DNA of 64,000 nt, taken from an uncultured Brevundimonas sp. (lineage in GTDB: Bacteria; Pseudomonadota; Alphaproteobacteria; Caulobacterales; Caulobacteraceae). Made by a program: the position numbers and the translations under genes. Positions 39,388 through 48,862 of this stretch are shown here, piece after piece (position 1 is the first letter of the stretch; every line of letters begins with the position of its first letter). The notes beneath the pieces are model-generated. The model saw only the letters and a program-made list of their open reading frames with translations, was not told where the DNA came from and searched no databases. The stretch lies in contig NZ_CAXBOQ010000003.1 of the NCBI RefSeq assembly GCF_963977465.1, forward strand, positions 255,721 through 319,720, in the 5' to 3' direction.

Positions 39388-40923
39388 TCAGGCCAGCGGT
39401 AGGGTCAGCCGGGCCGTCAGCCCGCCGCCCGGCCGGGCTTCCAGAACCACGTCGCCGCCGTGCGCCCGGGCCGCCTGACGGGCGACGCTGAGGCCGAGGC
39501 CGGCCCCGCCCGTCTCGCGGTTGCGCGAGCGTTCACCGCGATAGAAGGGCTCGAACACCGCCTCCAGCTCGGATTCAGCCAGACCGGGGCCGTCATCTTC
39601 GACCGTGATCACGGCGGTGCCGTCGATGGTCGCGGCGTCGACGCAGGCCCCGCCGCCGAATTTGACGGCATTGGCGATCAGATTGGCCAGGGCCCGGCGC
39701 AGGGCGGCCGGATCAGCGACGACCGGCAGGGGCGAAATGCCGCGGAAGATCACGCTGGCCCCGGTCTCGCTGAAACCGGTGGCGCAGTCCGCCCCCAGCG
39801 CGGCCAGATCGAAGGGTTCGCTGCGGTCCGGTGCCACCTCGCCACGCACATAGGCCATGGCCGTCGCGATCATGGCGTCCATCTCCTCGATGTCGGCGGC
39901 CATGCGGTCACGCACATTGTCAGGGGCCTGTTCGGCCCGGAAACGCAGCCGGGTCAGGGGCGTGCGCAGGTCATGGGCGATGGCGGCGACGGTCTGGCTA
40001 CGGCGGCGCATATGGTCGCGCAGCGCGGCCTGCATGTCGTTGAAGGCGTGGATGGCGGTGCGGACTTCGGTGGGGCCCGAGGCGACCATGGGTTCGGCAT
40101 CGGGGTCGGCCCCCAGCCGTTCGGCCGCCTCGGCGAAGACCCGGATCGGCCGGGTCAGCCGCCGCGCCATGAACCAGACGAGCGGCGCGAGCAGCAGCAG
40201 GGAGATGCCCAGGGCGATCAGGATCCGCACCTGCCACGGCGACAGCAGGCCGTGCGGCGGGGTGACCGAGGCCCAGCGTCCGTCCGGCAACCGCAGGGCC
40301 GCGCTGAACGGGGCGAAGGTCAATTTGTCGGTGACCACGGTGAACTGATGGGTGGTGGTGTCGATCGTGATGGCCTCGGCCCCGGCCGGGGCCACGCGGC
40401 GCATGTGCACCTCGGCCCGGACCTCGCGGGTGGGCCTGTCGGGGTCGACCGTCTCGTCGGGACCGGCGCGTTGGTTCCAGTGCAGCGACGCCCCGTCGGG
40501 GGAGGCGGGCTCCGGGCCTCCGGGGCGGACGAAGACGAACTCGGTGCGCCTGTCTCCCGATTGGGGCGGAGGCGGCTGACGTTCGGGGCCCGGGCCATGG
40601 CTGACCGTGACCCGCAGGGCGTCGGGCGCAACCTGAAGGCGCTGGGCCAGTCCGGCGCTGATGGCCAGGGCCAGCGACTCGCGCGGATTACCCGCCAGTT
40701 GCGGGGCCTCGTCCGACAGATGGCGTTTCAGCGCGCGCCCGTCTGAGGTCTGGGCCGGACGCCCCTGCAGGGCCTCGGCAGCGGCCTCGATGCTGAAGCC
40801 CGCGGGGCGGGGCTCGGGGGCCAGCAGCACCACGCCGAAGGCCACGGCCTGGGACATGACCACGGCCAGGGTCGCCAGGGCGGCGACCTGGATAAGGACG
40901 GGCAGGGCGGTGGGCGATCTCAT
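39388..40923 (-). CDS. Membrane sensor histidine kinase with HAMP domain
   Basis: Two TM segments, AIAHDLRTPLTRL, NLIANAVKFG, EDDGPG, GGAGLGLS. Confidence 0.92.
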   Translation of the reverse strand: MRSPTALPVLIQVAALATLAVVMSQAVAFGVVLLAPEPRPAGFSIEAAAEALQGRPAQTSDGRALKRHLSDEAPQLAGNPRESLALAISAGLAQRLQVAPDALRVTVSHGPGPERQPPPPQSGDRRTEFVFVRPGGPEPASPDGASLHWNQRAGPDETVDPDRPTREVRAEVHMRRVAPAGAEAITIDTTTHQFTVVTDKLTFAPFSAALRLPDGRWASVTPPHGLLSPWQVRILIALGISLLLLAPLVWFMARRLTRPIRVFAEAAERLGADPDAEPMVASGPTEVRTAIHAFNDMQAALRDHMRRRSQTVAAIAHDLRTPLTRLRFRAEQAPDNVRDRMAADIEEMDAMIATAMAYVRGEVAPDRSEPFDLAALGADCATGFSETGASVIFRGISPLPVVADPAALRRALANLIANAVKFGGGACVDAATIDGTAVITVEDDGPGLAESELEAVFEPFYRGERSRNRETGGAGLGLSVARQAARAHGGDVVLEARPGGGLTARLTLPLA

Positions 40924-41636
40924 CGGCGCTCGACCTTCGCGTCGAACATATAGCCCTCGCCGCGCAGGGTCTGGATCAGCTCCAGGCCCGAGCCGTCGTC
41001 CAGCTTGCGCCGCAGCCGGCTGATCTGCACGTCCATTGCCCGGTCGAATACATCGGAGTCCGCCCCCCGCGCCCGTTCCAGCAGCTGGTCGCGGGTCAGC
41101 ACCCGGCCCGGGCTGTCGACGAAGGCTCGCAGCAGGGCGAACTCGCCCGCCGACAGGGTGGCGACCTCGCCGTCCGGACGCGTCAGTTCCCGCCGCATCA
41201 GGTCCAGACGCCAGCCGGCAAAGACCAGCGCGGCCCCGTCGTCCGGGCCGTCCTCGCGCGGGCGGCGCAGCACGGCGCGGATACGGGCCAGCAGTTCCCG
41301 GGGATTGCAGGGCTTGGCCAGATAGTCGTCGGCTCCCAGCTCGAGGCCGATGATCCGGTCGGTGTCGCCGCCCATGGCGCTGAGCATGACGATCGGCGGC
41401 CCCTTACCGGACAGGCGGCGGCAGACGGACAGGCCGTCCTCGCCCGGCATCATCAGGTCCAGCACGATCAGGTCCGGGGCTCGCGTGGCCACGACCCGGT
41501 CCATCTCGGCGGCGGTCGCCGCGCCGGTGGCCTCATAGCCGTGCTGAACCAGATAGTCGCACAGCACCTCGCGGATGCCGGGGTCATCGTCGACGACCAG
41601 AATGCGGGGGGCGGAGGGCGGGTTCATCCCGGCCAT
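40920..41636 (-). CDS. OmpR-family response regulator
   Basis: ILVVDDD, LIVLDLMMPGEDG, GADDYLAKP, winged helix IQTLRGEGY; start 41636 or 41627. Confidence 0.93.
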   Translation of the reverse strand: MAGMNPPSAPRILVVDDDPGIREVLCDYLVQHGYEATGAATAAEMDRVVATRAPDLIVLDLMMPGEDGLSVCRRLSGKGPPIVMLSAMGGDTDRIIGLELGADDYLAKPCNPRELLARIRAVLRRPREDGPDDGAALVFAGWRLDLMRRELTRPDGEVATLSAGEFALLRAFVDSPGRVLTRDQLLERARGADSDVFDRAMDVQISRLRRKLDDGSGLELIQTLRGEGYMFDAKVERR

Positions 41637-41758
41637 AGTGACGGGGTCCGGCGTCGGCGTCATTTCAGCACTGAAACAATTCTCTCTGTCCCTGCAACAT
41701 GGCGGCAAGGACGCCGTGGTCCAAAGGGGGTCATAGCTTCACTGCAGAGAGATACGCC

Positions 41759-42409
41759 ATGCTGACCCTACTGAACCTCGCCGCCGTCCTGACCATGCAA
41801 ACGTCGCCGGCCCCGCCCCCGCCGCCGCACATGCGCACCGAGACCCGAGTCGTTGTCATGGGCGACCATGACGGCCCCGGCGGTCTGGACAAGGACGGCG
41901 ACGGCCAGCTGACCCGCGAGGAATTCGCCGGACCGATGAATGACGCCTTCGCCCGGATGGATGCCGACGGCAACGGTCGTTTGTCGTCCGAGGAACTCCG
42001 CGCCGGTCACGGCCAGGGCGGCGATCACGAGATGATCTTTCGCCGTGGGCCTGACGGCGGGCCGGGCGAACGGCACGAGGAACGCATCATGGTGATTACC
42101 GATGGCGCACGGGGCGACGGGGGCGGCGAGCGCAATGTCTTCGTGCATCGTACAGGCCCCGGGGATGGCCCGATGACCTGGCACGACGCGGAGGGCGGCA
42201 GCCGCATCGAGATTGAACGGACCGGCGGCGATGATCTCGACACCGACGGCAACGGCAGCATCTCTGAAGCTGAGTTTCTCGCCCCGATGCGGGCGGCCTT
42301 TGCCCGGATGGACGCCGACCACTCAGGGGCCCTCGAGGCTTCGGAAAATGGCGGCGAACGTCAGGTTCGGGTCATCACTCGCCACCGCGAAGGTCCGGGC
42401 GGCCAATAG
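41759..42409 (+). CDS. EF-hand repeat protein, probably exported
   Basis: Four DxDxDG loops (DKDGDGQLTREE, DADGNGRLSSEE, DTDGNGSISEAE, DADHSGALEASE); start moved to ATG 41759. Confidence 0.85.
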   Translation: MLTLLNLAAVLTMQTSPAPPPPPHMRTETRVVVMGDHDGPGGLDKDGDGQLTREEFAGPMNDAFARMDADGNGRLSSEELRAGHGQGGDHEMIFRRGPDGGPGERHEERIMVITDGARGDGGGERNVFVHRTGPGDGPMTWHDAEGGSRIEIERTGGDDLDTDGNGSISEAEFLAPMRAAFARMDADHSGALEASENGGERQVRVITRHREGPGGQ

Positions 42410-42466
42410 ATCAAGGTCGGGCGCGATCGGGTCGAGAGCCGCACCCGCTCGCACGACGTGAGAATT

Positions 42467-42502
42467 AGGGGGGCTGCGCCGGACGGTGCAGCCCCCTTTT
42501 TT
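42467..42502 (+). terminator. Intrinsic terminator
   Basis: GGGGGCTGC-loop-GCAGCCCCC followed by T6. Confidence 0.8.
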
Positions 42503-42504
42503 GT

Positions 42505-43701
42505 CTAGCCCGCGACGACCCGAACGCGTGAGGCCGCCTCGCGCGCCCGTTCGCGGGCCTGTTCCACCGTCTCGCCGCGCGCCGTGGCCACGCCCATGCG
42601 GCGGCGCTCGTAGCTCTCGGGTTTGCCAAACAGGCGCAGGTCGGCGGTCGGCACCACCAGGGCCTCGGCCACGCCCTCGAAGGCGATACCGACGGCGTCC
42701 ATGCCGCCATAGATGACGGCGCTGGCCCCAATGTCGCGCTGGCTGACGTCGACGGGCAGGCCGAGGATGGCGCGTGCGTGCAGCGCGAACTCACTCATCG
42801 TCTGGGTGGCCAAGGTGACCAGCCCGGTGTCGTGCGGGCGCGGTGACACCTCCGAGAACCAGACCTGATCGCCCTTGACGAACAGTTCGACCCCGAACAC
42901 GCCGAGGCCACCCAGCGCATCCGTGACCTTGCCGGCGATGTCCTGGGCATTGGCCAGGGCGGCGGGCGTCATCGCCTGCGGCTGCCAACTCTCGACATAG
43001 TCGCCCTTGACCTGACGGTGGCCGATCGGGGCGCAGAAGTCGGTGCGCACGGTTCCATCGCGCATCGACCGAACCGTTAGCAGGGTGATCTCATAGTCGA
43101 AATCGATGCGGCCCTCGACGATGACCCGGGTCGTCTCGACCCGGCCGCTGGACTGGGCCCAGGCCCAGGCGTTGCCCGCATCCTCCAGCGCCTCGATGAA
43201 GGACTGGCCCTTGCCGGACGACGACATCACCGGCTTGACGAACACCGGCAGGCCGATCCGGTGCGCGGCCTCGGCCAGCTCGGCCGCCGAACTGACGAAG
43301 GCATAGGGACTGGTCGGCAGGCCCAGCTCTTCGGCGGCCAGACAGCGGATGCCCTCACGGTTCATGGTCAGTTGCGTCGCCCGTGCGGTGGGGATGACCA
43401 CCGCATGACCCGCCGCCTCGATCTCGGCCAGGACGTCGGTGGCGATGGCCTCGATCTCGGGCACGATGATGTGCGGCATCTCGGCGGCGATGACCCCGAC
43501 CAGCACCTGCGGATCGGTCATCGGGATCACATGGCTGCGATGCGCCACCTGCATGGCCGGGGCGTTGGCATAGCGATCGACGGCGATTACCTCGACCCCC
43601 AGCCGCTGAAGTTCGATGGCCAGTTCCTTGCCCAGTTCCCCGGCCCCCAGCAGCATCACGCGGGTGGCGGAGTCGGACAGGGGGGTGCCGATACGGGTCA
43701 T
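42505..43701 (-). CDS. purT: Formate-dependent phosphoribosylglycinamide formyltransferase
   Basis: [56 protein letters not shown]. Confidence 0.97.
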   Translation of the reverse strand: MTRIGTPLSDSATRVMLLGAGELGKELAIELQRLGVEVIAVDRYANAPAMQVAHRSHVIPMTDPQVLVGVIAAEMPHIIVPEIEAIATDVLAEIEAAGHAVVIPTARATQLTMNREGIRCLAAEELGLPTSPYAFVSSAAELAEAAHRIGLPVFVKPVMSSSGKGQSFIEALEDAGNAWAWAQSSGRVETTRVIVEGRIDFDYEITLLTVRSMRDGTVRTDFCAPIGHRQVKGDYVESWQPQAMTPAALANAQDIAGKVTDALGGLGVFGVELFVKGDQVWFSEVSPRPHDTGLVTLATQTMSEFALHARAILGLPVDVSQRDIGASAVIYGGMDAVGIAFEGVAEALVVPTADLRLFGKPESYERRRMGVATARGETVEQARERAREAASRVRVVAG

Positions 43702-43705
43702 GGGG

Positions 43706-44101
43706 TCAGTCCTCGTTGCGGGCCGGTTCGATCAGGTCCCAGGCATTGCCGTACAGATCCTCGAACACCACCACCTTGCCATAGGGTTCGTGGCGCGGAA
43801 CCTCGCGGAAATGAACCCCGGCCGCTGACCACGCCGCATGGTCACGCAACAGGTCGTCCGTCTCGAGGAACAGCCAGACCCGGCCGCCGGCCTGGTCGCC
43901 GACGCGGGCCAGCTGCTCCGGCGTCGCGGCCCGGGCCAGCAACAGGGAGGTCTGGCCGCCTTTCGGTGTCACCCGCACCCAGCGTTTGCCGCCGCCCATG
44001 TCGGTGTCTTCGCTGAGGTCGAACCCCAGCGTGCCGACATAGAAGGCGATGGCGGCGTCATAGTCGCGGACGAGGAGCGAGACGGCCCCCAGGTGCGCCA
44101 C
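43706..44101 (-). CDS. VOC/glyoxalase family protein
   Basis: [45 protein letters not shown]. Confidence 0.9.
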   Translation of the reverse strand: MAHLGAVSLLVRDYDAAIAFYVGTLGFDLSEDTDMGGGKRWVRVTPKGGQTSLLLARAATPEQLARVGDQAGGRVWLFLETDDLLRDHAAWSAAGVHFREVPRHEPYGKVVVFEDLYGNAWDLIEPARNED

Positions 44102-44104
44102 GGT

Positions 44105-46099
44105 CTAGAGCCGGACCTTGACCGCCGCCACCACCGCCTCGGCGGTGATGCCGAACTCGCGGTACAGGACCTCGGCCGGGGCAGAGGCCCCGAACGACGA
44201 CATGCCGACGAAGGCGCCGTCCTCGCCGATGAACCGTTCCCAGCCCTGTTTGATGCCGGCCTCGACGGCGACCCGCACCGTGCCGCGACCGATGACCGAG
44301 GCCTGGTATTTGGCGTCCTGCTGTTCGAACAGTTCGAAACAGGGCGCCGAGACGACCCGGGTCGGGGTGCCTTCGGCCTCCAGGGCGTCGGCGGCGGCCA
44401 GGGCCAGGGCCAGCTCGGTGCCGGTGCCGAACAGGGTCACCTTCGCCGTGCTGGAGGCGGAGCGGATCTCATAGGCCCCGCGGCTCGACAGGTTTTCCGA
44501 CGCGGCGACGGTGCGCACCGCCGGGGTTTTCTGGCGCGACAGGGCCAGGGCCGAAGGGCTGGTGCGATGCTCAAGCGCCAGTTTCCAGCACTCCATAGCC
44601 TCGATCGTATCGGCCGGGCGGAACACCAGCAGGTTGGGAATGGCGCGCAGGGCGGCCAGATGCTCGACCGGCTGGTGGGTCGGCCCGTCCTCGCCCAGGC
44701 CGACGGAGTCGTGGGTCAGCACATGCACGACCCGGATACCCATCAACGCGGCCAGACGGATGGCCGGACGGCTGTAGTCCGAGAACACCATGAAGGTGCC
44801 ACCGTAGGGGATGACTCCGCCGTGCAGGGCCATGCCGTTCATGGCCGAGGCCATGCCGTGCTCGCGGATGCCCCAGTTGACGTAGCGACCGTCATAGGTC
44901 GGCGCGTCGAGGATGGCGGTACCCTTGACGAAGGTGTTGTTGGAGCCGGTCAGGTCGGCCGAGCCGCCGATCAGCTCGGGGATGGCCCCGAACAGCTGGT
45001 CCAGCGCCGCACCGGACGACTGGCGCGTGGCTTGGGCCGGCTTGGTCTCGACCAGACCGGCGATGGCGGCCTCCAGCGCATCGAACGCTCCGGCGGGCAG
45101 GTCACCGGCCATGGCCCGGGTGAATTCGGTGGCCTGGGCCGAGGCGGAGAGGCGGGCCTCCCAGGCCTTGCGGTGTTTCGCGCCATGCTTGCCGACCTTG
45201 AGCCAGGCCTTGCTGATCGCTTCTGGCACCTCGAACGGACCCGCGGTCCAGTGCAGCGCCTTGCGGGTCGCCTCGATCTCGGTGGCCCCCAGCGCGGCCC
45301 CGTGGGTCTTGTGGCTGCCTTCCATCGTGGCCGCGCCACGGCCGATCTTCGTCTTGCAGGCGATCAGGGTCGGCTTCGACTGTTTCGTCGCCCAGGCGAG
45401 CGCCTTCTTGATCTCGCCCATGTCGTGACCGTCGATGGTCTTCACGGCCCAGCCGCTGGCCTTGAAGCGCGCCTGCTGGTCGGTCGTGTCTGACAGGGCC
45501 ACGGCTCCGTCGATGGTGATCGAATTGTCGTCCCACAGCACTGTCAGTTTGTTCAGCTTGTAGCGACCGGCCAGGGCGATGGCTTCCTGCGACACGCCCT
45601 CCATCAGACAACCGTCGCCGGCGATGACCCAGGTGCGGTGGTCGACCAGCTCATCGCCGAAGCGTGAGGCCATATGGCGCTCGGCCATGGCGAAACCGAC
45701 CGAATTGGCCAGACCCTGTCCCAGCGGGCCGGTCGTGGTCTCGACGCCGGGCATGTGACCGTATTCCGGGTGACCGGCCGTCTTCGACCCGAATTGGCGG
45801 AAATTCTCAAGCTCGGCGCGGGTCGCGGCCTTGTAGCCGGTCAGGTGCAGCAAGCTGTAGATCAGCATCGAGCCGTGGCCGGCCGACAGGATGAAGCGAT
45901 CCCGATCCGCCCAGTCGGGCTGGCTTGCATCAAACTTCAGAAATTTGGAAAACAGCACCGTGGCCACGTCGGCCATACCCATCGGCATGCCGGGGTGACC
46001 GCTCTTGGCCTTCTCGACGCCGTCCATGGCCAGGACGCGGATGGCGTCGGCCATCTGCTTGTGGGACGCCTTTTCGGGTGCGGGGGAGGAATTGCTCAC
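44105..46099 (-). CDS. tkt: Transketolase
   Basis: SGHPGMPMG, SAGHGS, GHPE, TTGPLGQG, GDGCLMEG, GEDGPTHQPVEH. Confidence 0.98.
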   Translation of the reverse strand: MSNSSPAPEKASHKQMADAIRVLAMDGVEKAKSGHPGMPMGMADVATVLFSKFLKFDASQPDWADRDRFILSAGHGSMLIYSLLHLTGYKAATRAELENFRQFGSKTAGHPEYGHMPGVETTTGPLGQGLANSVGFAMAERHMASRFGDELVDHRTWVIAGDGCLMEGVSQEAIALAGRYKLNKLTVLWDDNSITIDGAVALSDTTDQQARFKASGWAVKTIDGHDMGEIKKALAWATKQSKPTLIACKTKIGRGAATMEGSHKTHGAALGATEIEATRKALHWTAGPFEVPEAISKAWLKVGKHGAKHRKAWEARLSASAQATEFTRAMAGDLPAGAFDALEAAIAGLVETKPAQATRQSSGAALDQLFGAIPELIGGSADLTGSNNTFVKGTAILDAPTYDGRYVNWGIREHGMASAMNGMALHGGVIPYGGTFMVFSDYSRPAIRLAALMGIRVVHVLTHDSVGLGEDGPTHQPVEHLAALRAIPNLLVFRPADTIEAMECWKLALEHRTSPSALALSRQKTPAVRTVAASENLSSRGAYEIRSASSTAKVTLFGTGTELALALAAADALEAEGTPTRVVSAPCFELFEQQDAKYQASVIGRGTVRVAVEAGIKQGWERFIGEDGAFVGMSSFGASAPAEVLYREFGITAEAVVAAVKVRL

Positions 46100-46195
46100 G
46101 GCGCTGACCTTTCGGCGAGTCGAGGGAAATGGAGGCGGGACGCTTTACCGCGACGCGCTGGCGGGTTCTATACGAAATCTGGAGGATGCGACCCG

Positions 46196-46465
46196 ATGGC
46201 TGATGCGACCACCACCGCTAAGGACCGGATCGACCGTGCGCTCGCGACGCTGGAGCGCAAGGTGCTGGAGCTGAAGGCCCGCCCGGCGACGGCCCCGGCG
46301 GTCGGCGACGACGATCTGTTCGCCCCGCGCGCCGGCCTGCCCGAGGACGCCGAACGCATTGCCGCGCTGGAGACGGCCGGTCGCGACGCGGCCGGGGCCC
46401 TGGCCCTCGCCGCCGACACGGTGCGCGATATTCTGGATCAACAAGCACGGGACGGGCAGGGCTGA
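46196..46465 (+). CDS. Small coiled-coil protein upstream of zapA (ZauP/DUF4164-like)
   Basis: DRIDRALATLERKV; overlaps the zapA start; not called separately in the ORF track. Confidence 0.7.
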   Translation: MADATTTAKDRIDRALATLERKVLELKARPATAPAVGDDDLFAPRAGLPEDAERIAALETAGRDAAGALALAADTVRDILDQQARDGQG

Positions 46466-46788
46466 TGGCTACGGTCACGGTCGAAATCAACGGACGCCCC
46501 TATGCCGTGGGCTGCGCCGACGGTCAGGAGGACCGCGTGCGCATCCTCGGCAAGCAGTTCGACACCAGCGTGCGTCAGGTAGCCGGCGATGTCGGCCATG
46601 TCGGCGACGTGCGCCTGTTCCTGATGGCCGCCCTGATGCTGGCCGATGAGCTGCACGAGGCCCGGCTGGCCCTGCAAAATGGTACCGGAGCAGCGACACC
46701 GGCCCCGGCCGCTCCTGGTGGAGACGGCGTGGCCGAGGCGCTGAACGCCGTGGCCGCCCGCATCGAGAAGATCACCCTGGGTCTGTGA
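46465..46788 (+). CDS. zapA: Cell division protein ZapA
   Basis: VTVEINGRPYAVGCADGQE...RLFLMAALMLADEL. Confidence 0.93.
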   Translation: MATVTVEINGRPYAVGCADGQEDRVRILGKQFDTSVRQVAGDVGHVGDVRLFLMAALMLADELHEARLALQNGTGAATPAPAAPGGDGVAEALNAVAARIEKITLGL

Positions 46789-46798
46789 AGACGGGCCA

Positions 46799-46827
46799 TT
46801 GTCCGGACACAGGCGAACGCCTATATT
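46799..46827 (+). promoter_or_regulatory. Putative sigma70 promoter of 6S RNA
   Basis: TTGTCC-N17-TATATT, 7 nt before the paired RNA 5' end. Confidence 0.6.
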
Positions 46828-46834
46828 CTATCCC

Positions 46835-47000
46835 GGCGGGTCTTGCTGCGGCCCTCGTCGAAGGCAACATTCCTCGCGACCTTAATTCACTCAAAGGGAT
46901 CTGTCCCTGTCCGGGCTCGAGGGCCTGGGCATATGGAGCCCACCTGGCTACCCAGGTCTGAGAGGATTTCAACGCTCTTCACGGTTCTTGCGGCGCCGCC
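46835..47000 (+). ncRNA. ssrS: 6S RNA
   Basis: Canonical zapA-ssrS-ygfA position; GGCGG/CCGCC paired ends; AAAGGGATCTGTCCCTG and GCCCACCT resemble alphaproteobacterial 6S; ends approximate. Confidence 0.8.
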
Positions 47001-47063
47001 AACCCATTCTTCCGAGCGCGCTCCCGTTCGCCGCGCGGCAGCCCTTCGTTCGAGCGCGCCTTT

Positions 47064-47630
47064 ATGACCGACAAGAGCGAACTCCGGGCCGCGATGCGCG
47101 CCACCCGCAAGCAGCTGGCGGCGCTGGATCCCAAGGCAGCGCACAGCGTCGCCGGGTACGCGGATGATATTCCGGGCGTGGTGGTCCACGCCCTCTACTG
47201 GCCGATCGGCTCGGAACTCGATCCCACGCCACTGGCATGGAGACTGGCCTATGAAGGCTATGATCTCTGTCTCCCGGTCGTCATCGCGCTGGACGAACCG
47301 ATGATTTTTCGTCTCTGGAGACCGGGCGATCCGCTGGAGCCGGATGCGGCGGGGGTGCCGGCACCCCTTCCTCTGGCGAAGGTGGTGGAACCGGAACTGA
47401 TCCTGACCCCCTTGCTGGCGTTCGACGCCGTGGGTGGTCGGTTGGGGCAGGGCGGCGGCCACTACGATCGCACCTTCGCCGCGCTTCCCGATGCCCTCCG
47501 TATCGGCCTCGCCTATGAAGGGCAGCGCGTCGATCGCGTCCCGATGGAAGCCCATGATCAGGTCTTGCAAGGTGTTTTGACCGAGGTCGGCTATACCCGC
47601 ATCCGTGGGCCGCACGGCTATGAGGACTGA
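47064..47630 (+). CDS. ygfA: 5-formyltetrahydrofolate cyclo-ligase
   Basis: KSELRAAMRA, YWPIGSELD, TPLLAFD..GGRLGQGGGHYDRT. Confidence 0.92.
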   Translation: MTDKSELRAAMRATRKQLAALDPKAAHSVAGYADDIPGVVVHALYWPIGSELDPTPLAWRLAYEGYDLCLPVVIALDEPMIFRLWRPGDPLEPDAAGVPAPLPLAKVVEPELILTPLLAFDAVGGRLGQGGGHYDRTFAALPDALRIGLAYEGQRVDRVPMEAHDQVLQGVLTEVGYTRIRGPHGYED

Positions 47631-47632
47631 GT

Positions 47633-48457
47633 ATGCGTTTGGCGTTTTTTGGCGATGTGGTGGGCAAGTCCGGCCGTGATGGCCTCTCTGACCACCTGCC
47701 CGGCCTGAAGCGGGACCTGAAGCTCGATTTCGTCGTGGTCAATGCCGAAAACGCCGCCGGCGGCTTCGGCATCACCGAGAATACGGCCAAGGAACTGTTC
47801 ATGGCCGGGGCCGACTGCCTGACGCTGGGCAACCACAGCTGGGACCAGCGCGAGGCCCTGACCTATATCGTGCGCGAACCGCGCATGATCCGCCCGGCCA
47901 ACTATCCGCGCCTGATGGATGCGCCGGGGGCCGGGGCCAATCTGTTCGAGACGCCCAGCGGCAAGACCGTACTGGTGATGAACGTGCTGGGCCGTATCCA
48001 CATGGACCCGATGGACTGCCCGTTCGGCGCGGTTGAACGCGAACTGGCCGCCTGCCCGATGGGCATGGCCGCCGATGCGATCATCGTCGACATGCATTGC
48101 GAAGCCACCTCCGAGAAGATGGCCATGGGCCATTTCTGCGACGGCCGCGCCAGCCTGGTGGTCGGCACCCACACCCATGTCCCGACCGCCGACTGCCAGA
48201 TCCTGCCCGGCGGCACCGCCTACCAGACCGACGCCGGCGGCTGCTGTGACTATGACAGCGTCATCGGCAACGAGAAGGAAGAGCCGCTGCGGCGCTTCAC
48301 CACCCGGCTGTCCGGCGGGCGCTACAGTCCCGCGTCAGGCCCGGCCACCGTCTGCGGCGTCTATGTCGAGACCGACGACAAGACCGGCCTCGCCACCCGT
48401 GTCGAGCCGATCCGTGTCGGCGGCCGTCTGAGCCAGGCGGTGCCGGTCGTCGCCTGA
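47633..48457 (+). CDS. TIGR00282/YmdB metallophosphoesterase
   Basis: FGDVVGKSG, VNAENAAGG, TLGNH, DMHCEATSEK, VGTHTHVPT, TDAGGC. Confidence 0.92.
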   Translation: MRLAFFGDVVGKSGRDGLSDHLPGLKRDLKLDFVVVNAENAAGGFGITENTAKELFMAGADCLTLGNHSWDQREALTYIVREPRMIRPANYPRLMDAPGAGANLFETPSGKTVLVMNVLGRIHMDPMDCPFGAVERELAACPMGMAADAIIVDMHCEATSEKMAMGHFCDGRASLVVGTHTHVPTADCQILPGGTAYQTDAGGCCDYDSVIGNEKEEPLRRFTTRLSGGRYSPASGPATVCGVYVETDDKTGLATRVEPIRVGGRLSQAVPVVA

Positions 48458-48487
48458 CGAACCGTCACCGTCTCTCCGCCACCGACA

Positions 48488-48859
48488 TCAGTCGGTCGCG
48501 GGCATCCAGGCCTGCATTTCAGCGATCTCGCGCGTCTGCCGGTCCTTGATGGTCCGGGCCATGCGGCGGACGGCCGGGTCGGACGACTGCGCCAGGGCGG
48601 CCTCGGCCATGGCCACGCCCGCCTGCTGGTGTGTAATCATCCGGGCCGCGAACGCCTGATCGGCCTGCGAGGGGGCGGGGCGGTCCATGTCTCGTGTCGC
48701 CGTGGTCGCTGCCCCATCCTTGACCGCCGCCGCCTGATGGGCGGCGGAAGCTTCACGCAGGGCTTGCTGAACGGGGTCGCCCCCGCCGTCGCACGCCGTC
48801 AGCACAACGGCGCAGGCGAGGAGCAGACAGCCGGCGCCCGTCCGCGCGGAGTTCCGCAC
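48488..48859 (-). CDS. DUF305 lipoprotein
   Basis: Lipobox LTAC; DQAFAARMITHQQAGVAMA...QTREIAEMQAW. Confidence 0.8.
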   Translation of the reverse strand: MRNSARTGAGCLLLACAVVLTACDGGGDPVQQALREASAAHQAAAVKDGAATTATRDMDRPAPSQADQAFAARMITHQQAGVAMAEAALAQSSDPAVRRMARTIKDRQTREIAEMQAWMPATD

Positions 48860-48862
48860 GGA

